64,000 nucleotides of DNA from Podarcis gaigeae (lineage: Eukaryota). A program made the translations under genes and the position numbers. The notes below the pieces were generated by a model. That model saw nothing but the letters and a program-made list of their open reading frames with translations. It was not told the DNA's origin and ran no database searches. Below, in pieces: positions 13,747-26,018 of the stretch. The DNA lies in assembly GCA_964106915.2 (NCBI GenBank), contig OZ066916.1; one strand, given 5' to 3'. Position 1 is the stretch's first letter. Each line of letters opens with the position of its first letter.

Positions 13747-15107
13747 CTATTTGTTTTAAAAAGAAAACAGCAGTATGCTTTTTATTACACAGTGCACTGT
13801 TATTTCAGAACAGGAATTTCACAGGATTAATAAATGTGATGTTTCATGGAAACAGAAGCAAAGTTCAAATATAACTTTGAAAAAACAATATGAATGATTC
13901 ATTTGAGTTTAAAAACATTAATTTAAAAGAACTTACTTCTAGGAATAAGGGGCATGAATTAATTCAAATATATGCACAGAAAAAGACTGGAATATCCTAA
14001 AGGGTTTATACCCTCAGGCATGCTTTCCCCAACCAATTTTTTATTTTTAAAAGTTAAGTTTATTTTCCCTCTCTTGGTTGTTTTGTTGGGAGGCATTGTC
14101 CTTTTTTTTTTTAGGGGGTATTGCCTACTTCGTTTGTTTTATTTCTTATTTGGAATTAAGAGACCTGTCTGGGGTGGGGAGGACTCGAAACATCACAGGT
14201 GTTTCTTCTGTGAAATGGATATTTTGTGTAACTACATATTACAAACAACTGCATGTAACTGAGCCCAAACAGATTTTTTCCCCAAAAGGAAAGCAGCAAC
14301 AGGAGGGCACTATTTTTTCTATTCAGTTATTTATTTGCACTAAATTATTCCTATGCTCAAGAGGCTTTTCTCTCTTTTCTGGTTAATTTCTGAGTATGAT
14401 AGGACAAAGAAACTTGTGGAACTCCACAAAAAAGTCTCTGGGGGAAGGAGGCATTTGATTTTCAGCACAGACATGGCAGGTGGAGAATGGACTAAGCATC
14501 CCTCCCTCTTTCACTCTGAACACTCCTTTCCTGCGGCAGCTTTTCGTTTTTTAAAAAAAGGGTTAGTTATGCACATTGGAATATAATATGTTAAGTGACC
14601 CATTGCTGTAAAACTTGGTCCAGATCTCTATGTATTGTCTTTCTCTGGCTATACCCAGTTTTCCAGATGCCAACTCAAAGGTGGGAGAGAAATGGGGCTG
14701 GAGCTAGCCAGATGAGATGAGGAAGCATTCTCAATATACTTCCCTGGGGCTTCCTGGTGTATTGAGTTAGAATGAAAGCAATAGCAAAAAGACACACGGA
14801 CCCTGTTTCAACAGGCCTTTAATTAAATATCCACTTCAGAAGTTAAATAACACCCTCTCCATCCAACCCGGTGTCAAAATGAACTGAATACACAAAATTA
14901 ATTGAGCTGCAGTAGTTTGCTGTAACACTGTGTAACACTGAACATAAAATTTTATAGCATATATAAATGAAAATGCTACTTTTTAAAAAGTCTTGTCTTT
15001 ATTGTTTGGATGTTGAACTTATCTCTCTGTCCTCTGCCACAAGATTTCCAATCATGGCGGAAGTGGCCAATTTCATTTCTTGTTTCCAAGGCCATATATT
15101 AGAAATT

Positions 15108-15253
15108 GTTTAGTCATGCTAGCCACATTATCCAGAAAGCTGTCTGTGGACAAACGCCGGCTCCCTTGGCCTGAAGCAAGATGAGCGCCGCACCCCATAG
15201 TCGCCTTTGACTGGACTTAACCATCCAGCGGTACTTTACCTTTTTTTCTTTAC
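15108..15253 (-). mobile_element. Sauria SINE 5' fragment directly downstream of a LATS1 splice donor
   Basis: Reverse complement reads aaggtaaagtaccgctggatggttaagtccagtcaaaggcgactatgggg...gcatgactaaac. Confidence 0.85.
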
Positions 15254-15259
15254 ACCTAC

Positions 15260-15410
15260 CTGGTGGTTTTGTGCCAGCGTTAACAGGTCTAGCTGCTGCC
15301 GCTGCCATTTGTTCTCGCCGAGAATCTTGGTAGCTCATTTTACTTATGAATTCAATTGCTGCTTCTATACTGCGGCTGTTGGTTTGTCTTAGAGCTTGTA
15401 CAACCATATC
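15260..15410 (-). CDS. LATS1: LATS1 coding exon (151 nt; second half of UBA domain)
   Basis: tag|GAT ATG GTT...CCA G|gtaggt; DMVVQALRQTNSRSIEAAIEFISKMSY. Confidence 0.97.
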
Positions 15411-17996
15411 CTATTTGGGGAGTGGGAGGAGAAAGGGTTTAAAATAAAACCTCCAATAACTCACAACAAAAAAGGGTTGAAGGAACACATTCAAACCTTT
15501 AATGCATCATGATGATGACTAGATTAAGATCAAGATTTCAGTTCCCCAAATGTGGCCTAATTTGCATATTATGCAAAGTATTTGCTAATTATGCAAATCA
15601 TGTGGATGTATAAACCCCCTCCTGCTGGTATCTCCCTCCAAATTACACGTTCCAGATGGCAGGGCTTCTTATATACTTTTCCATGGAGAATATAATTGAA
15701 CGCTCAAAGACTAAATAAAAATTCAATATATTGTAAGAATTCTAAGACTGCAATCCTTTTCTGGGAGTAAGCCCCAATGGACACAATGAGTCCACTTCTG
15801 TACAGTATATGATTGAACTTACAGTTTAAGTTATTATCAACTCTCTTGCAAAGGCTGATGCATCCTTCACAATCTGTCCTTTTTCTTATGCACGGAAGTG
15901 CCTTACTATATTCTATCTCTCTCTGTAGCTTGGTGCTTCTTTTTTTGTCACTGCTTAAGACTTTTAAATGACATTTTATCTAACTCCAATACTGATAACA
16001 CTGTGAAGTTGAAAATGCAATACTATCCTATTCAGAAGTAAGTTCCATTAAATTCAATTTGGCTTACTTTCAATATGCAGGTACAGGATTGTAGCCTTAG
16101 GCTTCTTAGTGCATAGTGTTGTACAATTAGCTATTAAACTTGAGGCAAACTTTCCCCGAGCTCTATTAGAATTTAACATTTATTCTTCCTGGTACAATGT
16201 ATTTTAAGGTTGAGGATTAGCAGTGTGGGAGAAAGTGTGATGCGGGATTAGGAGGAAAGAGTGAGTGTGGGGATTAGACTGATGGCAGGGTGGGCTCAAA
16301 AGCACACTGAGCTGCTTCTTTCTCTCTCTTTAGAATACATAAGAGAGTGGTCTTAAAGAAAAACTCAAGGCAGACAAAAAAAGAGAGTGAAGGGGGAAAG
16401 GTAAAGAGCTAATGTCTGAGCTGTCTCCTGACGCGTCAGAAGACTGAGGGAAGGTGCTCTTCTTTAAAGGGTAGTTGTGCCCGATTTCAATAGCTCCACT
16501 TTCTGGAATAAACAGGAGCAGCAACCCAACTGAGGATATATTTATCCACCAAATCCATTCCTGCCACCCAGACAAAGGGATGCTTCCCAGCTGCAAGGGA
16601 GTGGGAAAGAAAACAGAGGGAAAACTCTCCCTTACATCATGCAGTAAGTTTCTCGATTCAGTGATGTATGTTGCAGGCAGCAGAAATAGCTGCAAGGGGA
16701 TATCTTGCCACTTTCCCTTGAAATTCCTACTCCCTAGCTCATTATATATTCCTTTCACCAGTGGCAACAAAAAAGCACTGGGTGTGAGAGGAAGTAAAGC
16801 AAGAGGTGAAGACTATGAGAAGACAAATAAAAGATAGATAAGATGGTGTCCATAAAGAAGAGGTTTAAGAAAAGGAAGTGACAGGTTAAACTGTCTCTGA
16901 TAAGGAACCCAATGAAGGCAATTGAAACAACAACAAATACAGTGGCCAAAATGAACTAAATTAGCAGCAGAGTTAAAAGGGTGGAAGAGACCAGAGGAAG
17001 CTGAGAAGAGGAAAGGTATAAAGCTATAAATTAATAATTAATACTACACCAGTGCCTTGGCAGTGGAAGAAGACAACAAAAAATACATCTTAGTTATATT
17101 AATGTTTGAACAATTTTTTGAAACAGCTTGAATAAAGAGAGGAATCAAAAACAACTTTAACATAAAAGAGAAGAATGATGCAAAGTAAAAGAAAATATAG
17201 TGTACGTAGAGAAGTAGAAAAGACCAATAGCCCAGTTTGGGAAACTTTAAGAGAAAGCGAATGGAAACACATCTAGCCAGAAATAGCAAAAACTCAAGCA
17301 GAGTTATCAGAAATGGAAATAAATATAGAAGTGAAGCTGTAGGTTCAGCATAAAACAAAATAACAGGATTGTGAGGAAAGAGATAAAGAGAAAATGATCC
17401 ACAGCAGATGATTGACAGACTCCAGAGAAGAGAGAAATATGGGAAAGAGACTTCCTCTGGTAAGCATGTCAGGAATGCAGCCTCAAAAACAAGATGCATC
17501 TTAAAAGTATACAAGTTACACTGAAAGAGTTGGGTACTTGGGCTGATTTGTTGCAACATCTAAAGCACTTGAATTTTATGCACTAATGAAATCCCAAAAA
17601 TAATAAAATACAAGAAATAGAAAACACAAAAAGAGCAACAGTGTATAAAATAATCATCTCATTAACATTACTTATGGTATTAACTTTAATCAAGTAAGAG
17701 GTTGCTAGCAATCTGAAATGCTTGTGGAAAAGACCTGAACCACAATCAATAAATAAAAACAAATCCTTTTGAAAACCAATAGAACTAACTAGAAAGCCAA
17801 AGTTATGCACTGTATTTTGGACTGAATTGTAGACAGGAACATTAAGCTTATACTAGGAATGTGCATAGGAAGCAGCAAAATATTACCAGCAACACTGAGT
17901 CCCCAATAACAAATTACAAGCAAAACATTCACAGTGATTTCATATGGCTTTTGCACTATCATTAATATAAGTAACCACTTAAATTTGTTATTTTAC

Positions 17997-18347
17997 CTCA
18001 TCAAATCCAGCAGCTTGTAGATCTTGTAACATCTGCCGATTAACTTCTGATGTTCCTCTTGTTGAAGAACTTGTTTCATTTGCAAAGGGAAGCAGAGAAT
18101 TCCGAATTTCTTGTAATGCTTTATGGTAGGTCACAAATTTAGGGGGATTTCGACCCTGTCTGGGATCATCAGTTGATATTTTACCCACATTTTGCTCAAC
18201 TTTTGCAGCTTCAGAGGGCTTAGGCAAATTTCTAAGGCTTTCTCGTATTTCTTGCAACATTTGCCGGCTGCTACCAGTGTAATTACTGGCAGGAAAAGTT
18301 TTAGGCCTCATTTGTCTATAACCTTCTGGCTTCTCACTTCTCTTCAT
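17997..18347 (-). CDS. LATS1: LATS1 first coding exon (CDS part; whole exon probably 17997-18474)
   Basis: MKRSEKPEGYRQMRPKTFPASNY is the recognisable LATS1 N-terminus; donor GAG|gtaaaa; upstream acceptor tttag|G at 18474. Confidence 0.97.
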
Positions 18348-20776
18348 GAAACTGTATGACCTCTAACGAAGAATCACCTTCAATATACTCAACAAGTTGG
18401 ATGGCAACTTCAAAATTGACGGTTGACCTTGATTCCAGGAGGATAACCATTCATTCAAACCTAGGTCAGCCAACCTAAATAAATAAATGTCATTGTTATA
18501 ACATTTTCCAATTGTTGTTTTCCTGCCAACAGCAAAATCCTATGCATGCTTAGTAAAAAATAACTCCTGCTGGGATCATTTGCTTTTACTCTCAATTAAG
18601 CGTGCATAGGATTGCTGCCAGAGTTTTATTTACATGTTTGTTTCCAAATGATTTGATCTGACAGCTTTAGCAAAATGCTTTATTCTTTATTACCTAGACT
18701 GAATTGAGGGAAGCAGGCATGGAGAGACTCTATAAAGAAGACACAACTTCAGAGATATGCATGTATAACTCACCCAACATAAGTGTTCTGTGTGCTGTCA
18801 AAGACTAGGGATTCTGCTGGCATTGTCTGCAGACTCTCAAAACAAACTAACCAAGTCCAAGACTATTATGCAAAAAAATTCAGACCTCTTTTTGCAAGAA
18901 GTCTTTTCTGTCGGAGAAAATTAAACGTATGTCTAGTTTGTGGAGAAAGAAACATTTAAAACTGCTTTTAAAATGGGGGTGGGGTGTCCCTGAAATGCAC
19001 TTTTGGAAAAGCTTTGTTGGAGGTTTACTTTCAGCAGCAGTAGTCCATTTTTCCCCTCTGAAATTTTTAAGTGAAGCTAACTCATCTGGTGCACATCTGG
19101 ATTTATAAAACACAACATAACTACCATTTTCTCTGCTCTACAATAGGCTTTTGCAACTGCTTTGTTGAGTTTTACACTCTCTGAAATGGACAAGTATGTT
19201 ATTGGTCTCTGAGCCTCACCAATCCTCAGTGAAATGGATACTTGAAACTTTTATTCCTATTGCAAATTTAATGAAAGTTCATTTTGATACCCAGATCAGG
19301 CTCCAAAACTGGATTTTCCATTCCTAGGTAAGTTACAGCTACTGAAAATCTGCTTCTCCTTGCAGCTGTAAAGGCACAATAATCCAGTGCGGAAAAGATG
19401 GTAATTCTACTTGTCCCCCAAGGCATCTTTCTAGACTAGCAGCAGGATTACCAACTTTATTTTCCTGCTTCCGTCAGTTTAGCAGTAGCCTGATATGAAA
19501 AGCAGGGTTTCTATGAAGGCTGTACTCCAATGCACTTAGGAATAAGGCCACTTCTAAGTACACTGGATGGAAACTTCTTTCCCCACAATTGATATAGCCA
19601 TGTTATGAAGAGCTTCACCTGTTTACTTTCAGCATGTTAAGCTACTGTCAAAGGCACAGGAATGCAATTCAATATACACTACTTTGGGAGCCAGTCATAT
19701 TCCATTCAATAAGTAATCATGCATTGGATTGAGCTGCATGTGGTAAAATAACTGTTCCTGAAGGTAACATTTTGCTGGTTCCTCTATAGGTATGATGTAG
19801 TGTCACTATGTAATGACTAATTATATTTCTGAAGTAGGACATAGTCAAGATTACTAACACAATCTTACTCAGAAGTCCCACTTTGTTCAATGAGGTTTAC
19901 CCTAAAATAAGTGTGTCTCACAAAACTGTAGTATTTCCCCTATCTTTAGTTCCATCTCGATGTACCTGGCCCCACCTCCCAATAGCTGCCCTATCCTCTG
20001 TCCCCCTAGTCACCTCTGGGGTTAAAGAGCCCTTTGGAGATTTGAAGGGCATTCAGGGTAGCTAAGGGAGCAAAGGAAGGGGAGTCCCATGGCATACACA
20101 GAAATCTGCTGCACAATCAGGCGGACATCACTGGATGTCGTCCTATATATTTGCTTTCAATGAAGGATGTTCAAGGTAGTGCTAAGAACATAGGCCATCA
20201 ATCCAGTTAAAATACTGCAAAGATAGTAGGTACACAAGAGGCAAAGACCTGTAGTACTATCCACTCACCTTTTAAAAAGGACTACCTACTTAAAGTCTGC
20301 ATTTTCAACAAAATGATCTACTTCCCACTTAAGTCAATGGAAAATCAAACTTTGATTTCAATGAGCCTGAACAGTCCTCAACGGAAAAAAGAACAGCTTC
20401 TAAAGTTTTTGTCCACAGTTTACCAATGGCACATTTCGTTCCACATTTCAAATGAGGTGTGGGCTTAAAAAACCCACCAAAGTATCAGCTACACTGCAAT
20501 TTGCTTTTGAAGCATAGTACAAATGCAGTAGTGTAAGAATGTGGGAGCCACACCTGTAATAAAGAAAGAAGGAAATCCTACTGGGATGGCCAATATGAAA
20601 ATACCTCTTTGAATAGGAATCAACTAGAAATGCTCAACACTATATGTGCACTAAAATATTACATGTTGTATTAACTTATTTTTTTAAAGCTGATAGGAAT
20701 TGGCTTGTGTCCATTCTGTTTTCTTTCAATATATTAAAGTTTAAAACTATTTTTCTCTTCCTGCTAAATATCACTA

Positions 20777-21120
20777 AAGGTAAAGGTAAAAGGACCCCTG
20801 ACCATGAGGTCCAGTCGCAGACAACTCTGGGGTTGTGGCACTCATCTTGCTTTATTGGCTGAGGGAGCTGGCGTTTGTCCGCAGACAGCTTCCAGGGCAT
20901 GCGGCCAGCATGACTAAGCTGCTTCTGGCGAACCAGAGCAGCGCACGGAAACGCCTTTTACCTTCCCACCGGAGCGGTACCTATTTATCTACTTGCACTC
21001 TGATGTGCTTTCGAACTGCTAGGTTGGTAGGAGCAGGGACCAAGCAACGGGAGCTCACCCCGTCGCGGGCATTTGAACTGTCAACCTTCTGTGGTTTAAC
21101 ACACAGCGCCACCCGCGTCC
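20777..21120 (+). mobile_element. Full-length Sauria SINE (different 5' variant)
   Basis: aaggtaaaggtaaaaggacccctgaccatgaggtccagtcg...acacagcgccacccgcgtcc; 7-bp TSD atcacta. Confidence 0.9.
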
Positions 21121-21620
21121 ATCACTAGTCATGTTTTAATTCACAAAGAGCTGGATTCAGACCTGCCATGTTACAAATGAAAAGGCTTCTCTAATGGAAA
21201 TGTGTTGATTAAAGGAAGCTGCTGCTCTGCAAACTGAACATTCTCGCAGGTAGAATGGAAGGATGGGAGATGCAGTATTTGCTGATTCCACTTATCGAGT
21301 CCTGAGCGCCAAGTTATTGTATTAAAATTTGAATTCCATATAATTTTAAAGAAATACTTCAGTATCTAGCACAGCACATTACAATTGCTAAACAAATAGA
21401 AAATCATTAAGTGGTCAGCCAAGACATCCAGCAATTTTCAGGTGGTCCAGGAGATAACAAGTTTGGGAACCACTACCTTAGATCACAAACACACTTGGGA
21501 GTACGCCCAATTTAAATAAATTAAACTTGAATAAACATGTGTAAGATCAAGCTGTTGGGAGACCTATAACAATGAAGCAAAAGTCCAATAGCTCATGAAT
21601 GCCAATGCAATACTATAAAC

Positions 21621-21873
21621 CAGGGGTTAGCAAACCTTTTCAGCAGGGGGCCGGTCCATTGTCCCTCAGATCTTGTGGGGGGCCAGACTATATTTGGAGG
21701 TGTTGGAATATTAAAAAATTCCTATGCCTCACAAATAACCCAGAGATGCATTTTAAATAAAAGGAAACATTCTACTCATGTAAAAACATGCTGATTCCCA
21801 GACCATCCGGGGGCTGGATTTAGAAGGCGATTGGGCCACATCCGGCCCCTGGGCCTTAGTTTGCCTACCCATG
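21621..21873. mobile_element. hAT-type MITE
   Basis: Terminal inverted repeats caggggttagcaaac / gtttgcctacccatg; perfect 8-bp TSD ctataaac. Confidence 0.88.
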
Positions 21874-23047
21874 CTATAAACTATGAGGACAAAAGACACA
21901 GCTAACTTTTATAACTGTTAATACCTACAATCATTCTGTCTCAAAAACACCACATTGAGGCACACTTTTAAAACAAAAGAAAATAAAGCACAATCATATT
22001 TTCATTCCTCCCCTCCTTAAGTAAAATTTATATATCTGAGGTTCTGTGTTTTTTGTTTACAATATTCCCTCTCTCCACCCTGGGCTCAATATAGTAAGCC
22101 ATCTAGGCAAAGGTTTGCCTGCTTTATTATTTGTATAGCATACAGCAGAATGTTAAGCACCTCATATTTAATAATGACAATCAATACCAAAATACTTTGA
22201 AGTGCAGCTGTGGTTTAAAGAGAAAAAAACTCCAACTGCAGGTTTTTCTTCACAATTAGGCTATTTATGACTATAGATCAGTTCAACTCAAACTTGCACC
22301 TAAGCAAAGTACTATACAGTACTGTAAACCAGAAAAAGAAAAGGCTATCAGCATCATATCAGTTAGATATGTTAAGTGATTTGATCTTGCAGATTAATCT
22401 CAGATTCACATTGGTGTTATACTTTGAACAGACATTCATTCTCATCTAATCATTATTCCAAGCAGTAAGATGAAACATAAAAAAAATTATAATACAGATC
22501 TGGCTGTGGAGAAATAGTAGGCAGGTTTCCAAACAATTTTGATCTGCCCTTGGAGAATGTTAACTACTACCCTTCTTTAATTATCATTTTTTTAAAAACC
22601 AGTCAGCAAGATAGAGAGATCTGACAGGAAAACAAAATACCAAATGGAGAAATAAAAGAGAACAGCTACTTCGTTAAGACGTTGCACTTACTTCTCGTCA
22701 GCACGGCATGAAAAAGTGGGGAACGGATGGAGAGCAGGAAATAAATAAGGTGGCTGCAAGCGGGTGTCTAAGGTTGAATGGGACGGATGGTCTAACAAGG
22801 AACGCCCACGACACCCAAAAGGCCAGAAACCTGCCTGAGAGAAGCTGTACGGAGACGGAGGAATGCGGGGGGAGGAAAGAGGTGAGACGCTCACCACGCC
22901 AGGGAGGCAGCGACGTTCTTGCCGTGGCAGCGAAGGACCCGTTATAACACCCCAGGCCAAGGCGTGCGGTGCGCAGGGCCTTCCCCATTAACTAGCCACC
23001 GAGTTTCCTTCCCTGAGGCGGAACTGCAGCCAAGCCTTCCTACCCAC

Positions 23048-23270
23048 CTGCCTGAGGGAGGAGGAGGAGGAGGAGGAGGAGGACGGCAGCGCCTCAAGGC
23101 GAGCGATTCCCAGAGGGGCGGGAGCGGCGCGTCTCTGCAGCGGCCAGCAAGGCTTCGGTCGCCGGTGCTGATGGCAGCAGTTGCTCGTCCCCTCCCCCCT
23201 GCAATATCTCCCACCCACCCCCTTTTTTCCGGGGTTCAGTTCCGGGCCGCCATTTTGTCGGAGGGCCTGT
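23048..23270 (-). other. LATS1: Putative non-coding exon 1 of LATS1 (5' end approximate)
   Basis: Good donor CAG|gtgggt at 23048/23047 inside the CpG island, downstream of the YY1 motif. Confidence 0.6.
23057..23083. repeat. (GGA)9 microsatellite in the putative LATS1 5' UTR
   Basis: Direct reading of the sequence. Confidence 0.9.
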
Positions 23271-24264
23271 CGCCCAAGGTTCCCGGATGTAAAACCTTTT
23301 CCCGTCTTCCTTTGCGTGTTTCGCCGGCTTTTGGCCTCCTCCTCCTCTTCTCCCCTCGCTTTGGAATGCGAGGAGTCAGAAGCCTCCGCCTTCTTGGGGG
23401 GGGGCGAGGCGGGTGATGCAACTGGCGAGAGAAGCTGGGCCAGGCGAGCAGTGGGGAGAAGGCAGGCGCGTGCCTCTCTCGCAGCGCCTGTGAACTGCTG
23501 CTGCTTCTCGGAGAGGCTGCTGCGGGTAGACGGCTCCCTCTCACCGAAGGAGCAGTAGCAGCAGCCTCCGCTTGCTTCTGCCAGGGAGGAGCACGCAGCG
23601 CAAGCGAGGGAAAGCGGCTGCTCAGCCGGGCGAGCAAGCGGGCCAAACAGTAGGGCCTGGGCAATATGAGCGTGCCGCTGAGAGAGCGAGAGATGGCTGC
23701 GGCAGCTGTTTCTTGCAACTAGTTTCGTTGCTCGGTTGCCGGCGAGCAGTAGGTGGCTGCACGGAACAGCTACAGTCTCTATTCATGGGTCACTTTCCTC
23801 GCCTGCTCACGATGTCGAGGGGAGCGGATTGGGTGGAACTAAGTAGAGGACAGAACCAGGCCAAGGCATTCCGATGCCTTCGGCTTAGCCTACCCCCCAT
23901 TCTTCAGGAAAACAGTTTTCAGACCCAGGACCCACTCTTCACCCAAACATGCAGTAGGGGACACATTCCTTAATCTTCTACAGTGCATTTGCATGGTGGT
24001 TGTGCTCCTTTGCGGCCCACCTTGGATCAGGCACAACTCACAAGCGGCATAGGGTTGTTTAGCCTAATCCTAACTGAAGACTTACTGTGGAGGTAAAACT
24101 ATGGCCTTCACATGGTTTCTGTAACAGGACAGCCTTCTTTGGAGTTCATCAGTGTCTTCCTACCCACCTGCCTACCCCAAACAGCTCTTGGTCCTATACA
24201 CCTGGAGGAGGGCTGGAACAAACTATTCACTTTTGGTTTAAAAAGCTCACTTGGACTCATAGAC

Positions 24265-24382
24265 TAAGGTTACCAGATGTCCCCAGATTTACAAATCAGT
24301 CCCCTGACAAAATCCATCTATGGTATTTAGTAGGAAGTTGAAAAGTGTCCCCAGATTCATTGAAAAAAATCTGGTAATCTTA
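24265..24382. mobile_element. hAT-type MITE (118 bp)
   Basis: Terminal inverted repeats taaggttaccaga / tctggtaatctta; perfect 8-bp TSD tcatagac. Confidence 0.88.
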
Positions 24383-25273
24383 TCATAGACCCTTCTGGCA
24401 GCCCTGCTTACAGCTATCAAAGACAGCTTTATTATTCAATAAATATGTTCAAGTCCTATAATAATTGGTTTGAGCACTCGAGTGTAGAAAAAAGAAAACC
24501 AACTTCTATTGACAGTTTAATAAAAAAGTTTTCTCATAAGTGATACATGCAATCAGTGATTTCTTGACAATTTTACAAGCAGTTGTGTTTCTTAAATTGA
24601 TAAGGCTATTGAACCTTAGCTTACTTAACTGGGAAAGAGTCTTCCTGAAATCAGTGGGACTTACTTCCAAGTAAAAATTCATAGTAACAGTGCTAATCTA
24701 AATGAAATTTGTATGACAGGCCAAAGATTGATCTTATTGTCAGATACAGTGTTGGAAGTATGCAGTGTCACATTAAAGTTACTATTTAAAACCATTTCAT
24801 GGCTTACTATTAAAATTTTGAAGCATTTTAACAGTCTACTGTTTCCATTTTCCTTTGCCAAGATTTATATTTTTTTCCAGCTTCGATTAGAAGTATTGTA
24901 ACCTAATCGGTACATAAAAATGCAACATAAGTCTCCCCAAAACAAGCATTTGTTCAGAAATTTAGCCTACTGCCACTATCAGTAACCTAAACATTAATTA
25001 TACTCTTCATGATTGCTGAAGAACTGTAAAAGTGGCTGAACTATCCTTTTAAATTTTTGAGCTTTAGGTAGCTTATTGCAAAGAGGAGTTGGTAACACAT
25101 GAACTAGAAAGAAATGGCAATTATTTTTCTTTTATGTAACATGGTTAAAGAATCGAGGCTGCAATGTGAATTGTAGTTTATCTGCCATTACAAATTATGC
25201 CCCTAGTTTATGACTAGAAAATGTATGTATTTCAGCATTTAGAAGTTCAAAACCAGCTTTTGTGGAGATAAAA

Positions 25274-25491
25274 TTATGCAAATAGGTTTTTTTTAACATA
25301 AATAGATTCTGCATCAGTTCCATATACAAGACATGATCCTAAAACATCTAAACTATTCACAGATAATGTTGGATTTGAAACTAAATTTGTGATCTCCATG
25401 CGGTCTTTAGTGGGATCATTGCTGAGCCAGGCACTTGTTACAGATTGATTAACTGCACTGTGAGGCAGATATGTAGTAGTACTTCTCCCAC
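25274..25491 (-). CDS. NUP43: NUP43 exon 8 (last coding)
   Basis: tag|GT GGG AGA...SAWLSNDPTKDRMEIT...LSVNSLDVLGSCLVYGTDAESIYVKKNLFA then TAA. Confidence 0.95.
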
Positions 25492-25667
25492 CTAAAATAA
25501 AACACAAAATGAGTTAATTTTTAACTTAACTGCAGAAATAAGAAAGTCATTGTTCTCCATAGCAAATGTGATGACTAACCGTTGTTCATGTTGTTAACAG
25601 TTTAAGTATTTGGCTTTGCTGCTAACATCCCAGAAATATAACCTACACCTCTTTCCTTCTCAACTTA

Positions 25668-26018
25668 GAGATAGGGTGGTGCTATGGTCTAAACCACTGA
25701 GCCTCTTGAGCTTGCCAATCAGAAGGTCGGCGGTTCGAATTCCGCAACGGAGTGAGCTCTGTCCTGCCAACCTAGCAGTTTGAAAGCACGCCAGTATCAC
25801 TGTGGTGGGAAGGTAAACGGCGTTTCTGTGCGCTCTGATTTACGTCACGGTGTTCCATTGCACCAGAAGCGGTTTAGTCATGCTGGCCACATGACCCGGA
25901 AAGCTGTCTGTGGACAAACGCTGGATCCCTTGGCCTGAAGGCGAGATAAGTACCGCAACCCCATAGTCGCCTTTGACTGGACTTCACCGTCCCGGATCCT
26001 TTACCTTTTTTACCTTTG
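25668..26018 (-). mobile_element. Full-length Sauria SINE
   Basis: Reverse complement of the copy at 61235; perfect 13-bp TSD ccttctcaactta at 25655-25667 and 26019-26031. Confidence 0.92.

Larger units (their letters stand above)
22690..23890. promoter_or_regulatory. LATS1: CpG island / LATS1 promoter
   Basis: Sharp rise in GC and CpG content; YY1-type motif (minus strand AAAATGGCGG) near 23247-23256; GC boxes. Confidence 0.85.

Noticed and set aside
17044-17559. 171-aa hydrophobic ORF that looks like a multi-pass membrane protein
   Set aside because: Antisense of an A-rich decayed element; T-rich codons give Phe/Leu by composition alone.
22688-23973. Many overlapping 75-165 aa ORFs on both strands in the LATS1 CpG island
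   Set aside because: Expected from stop-codon scarcity in GC-rich DNA; low-complexity Arg/Pro/Gly/Ala products with no recognisable domain.
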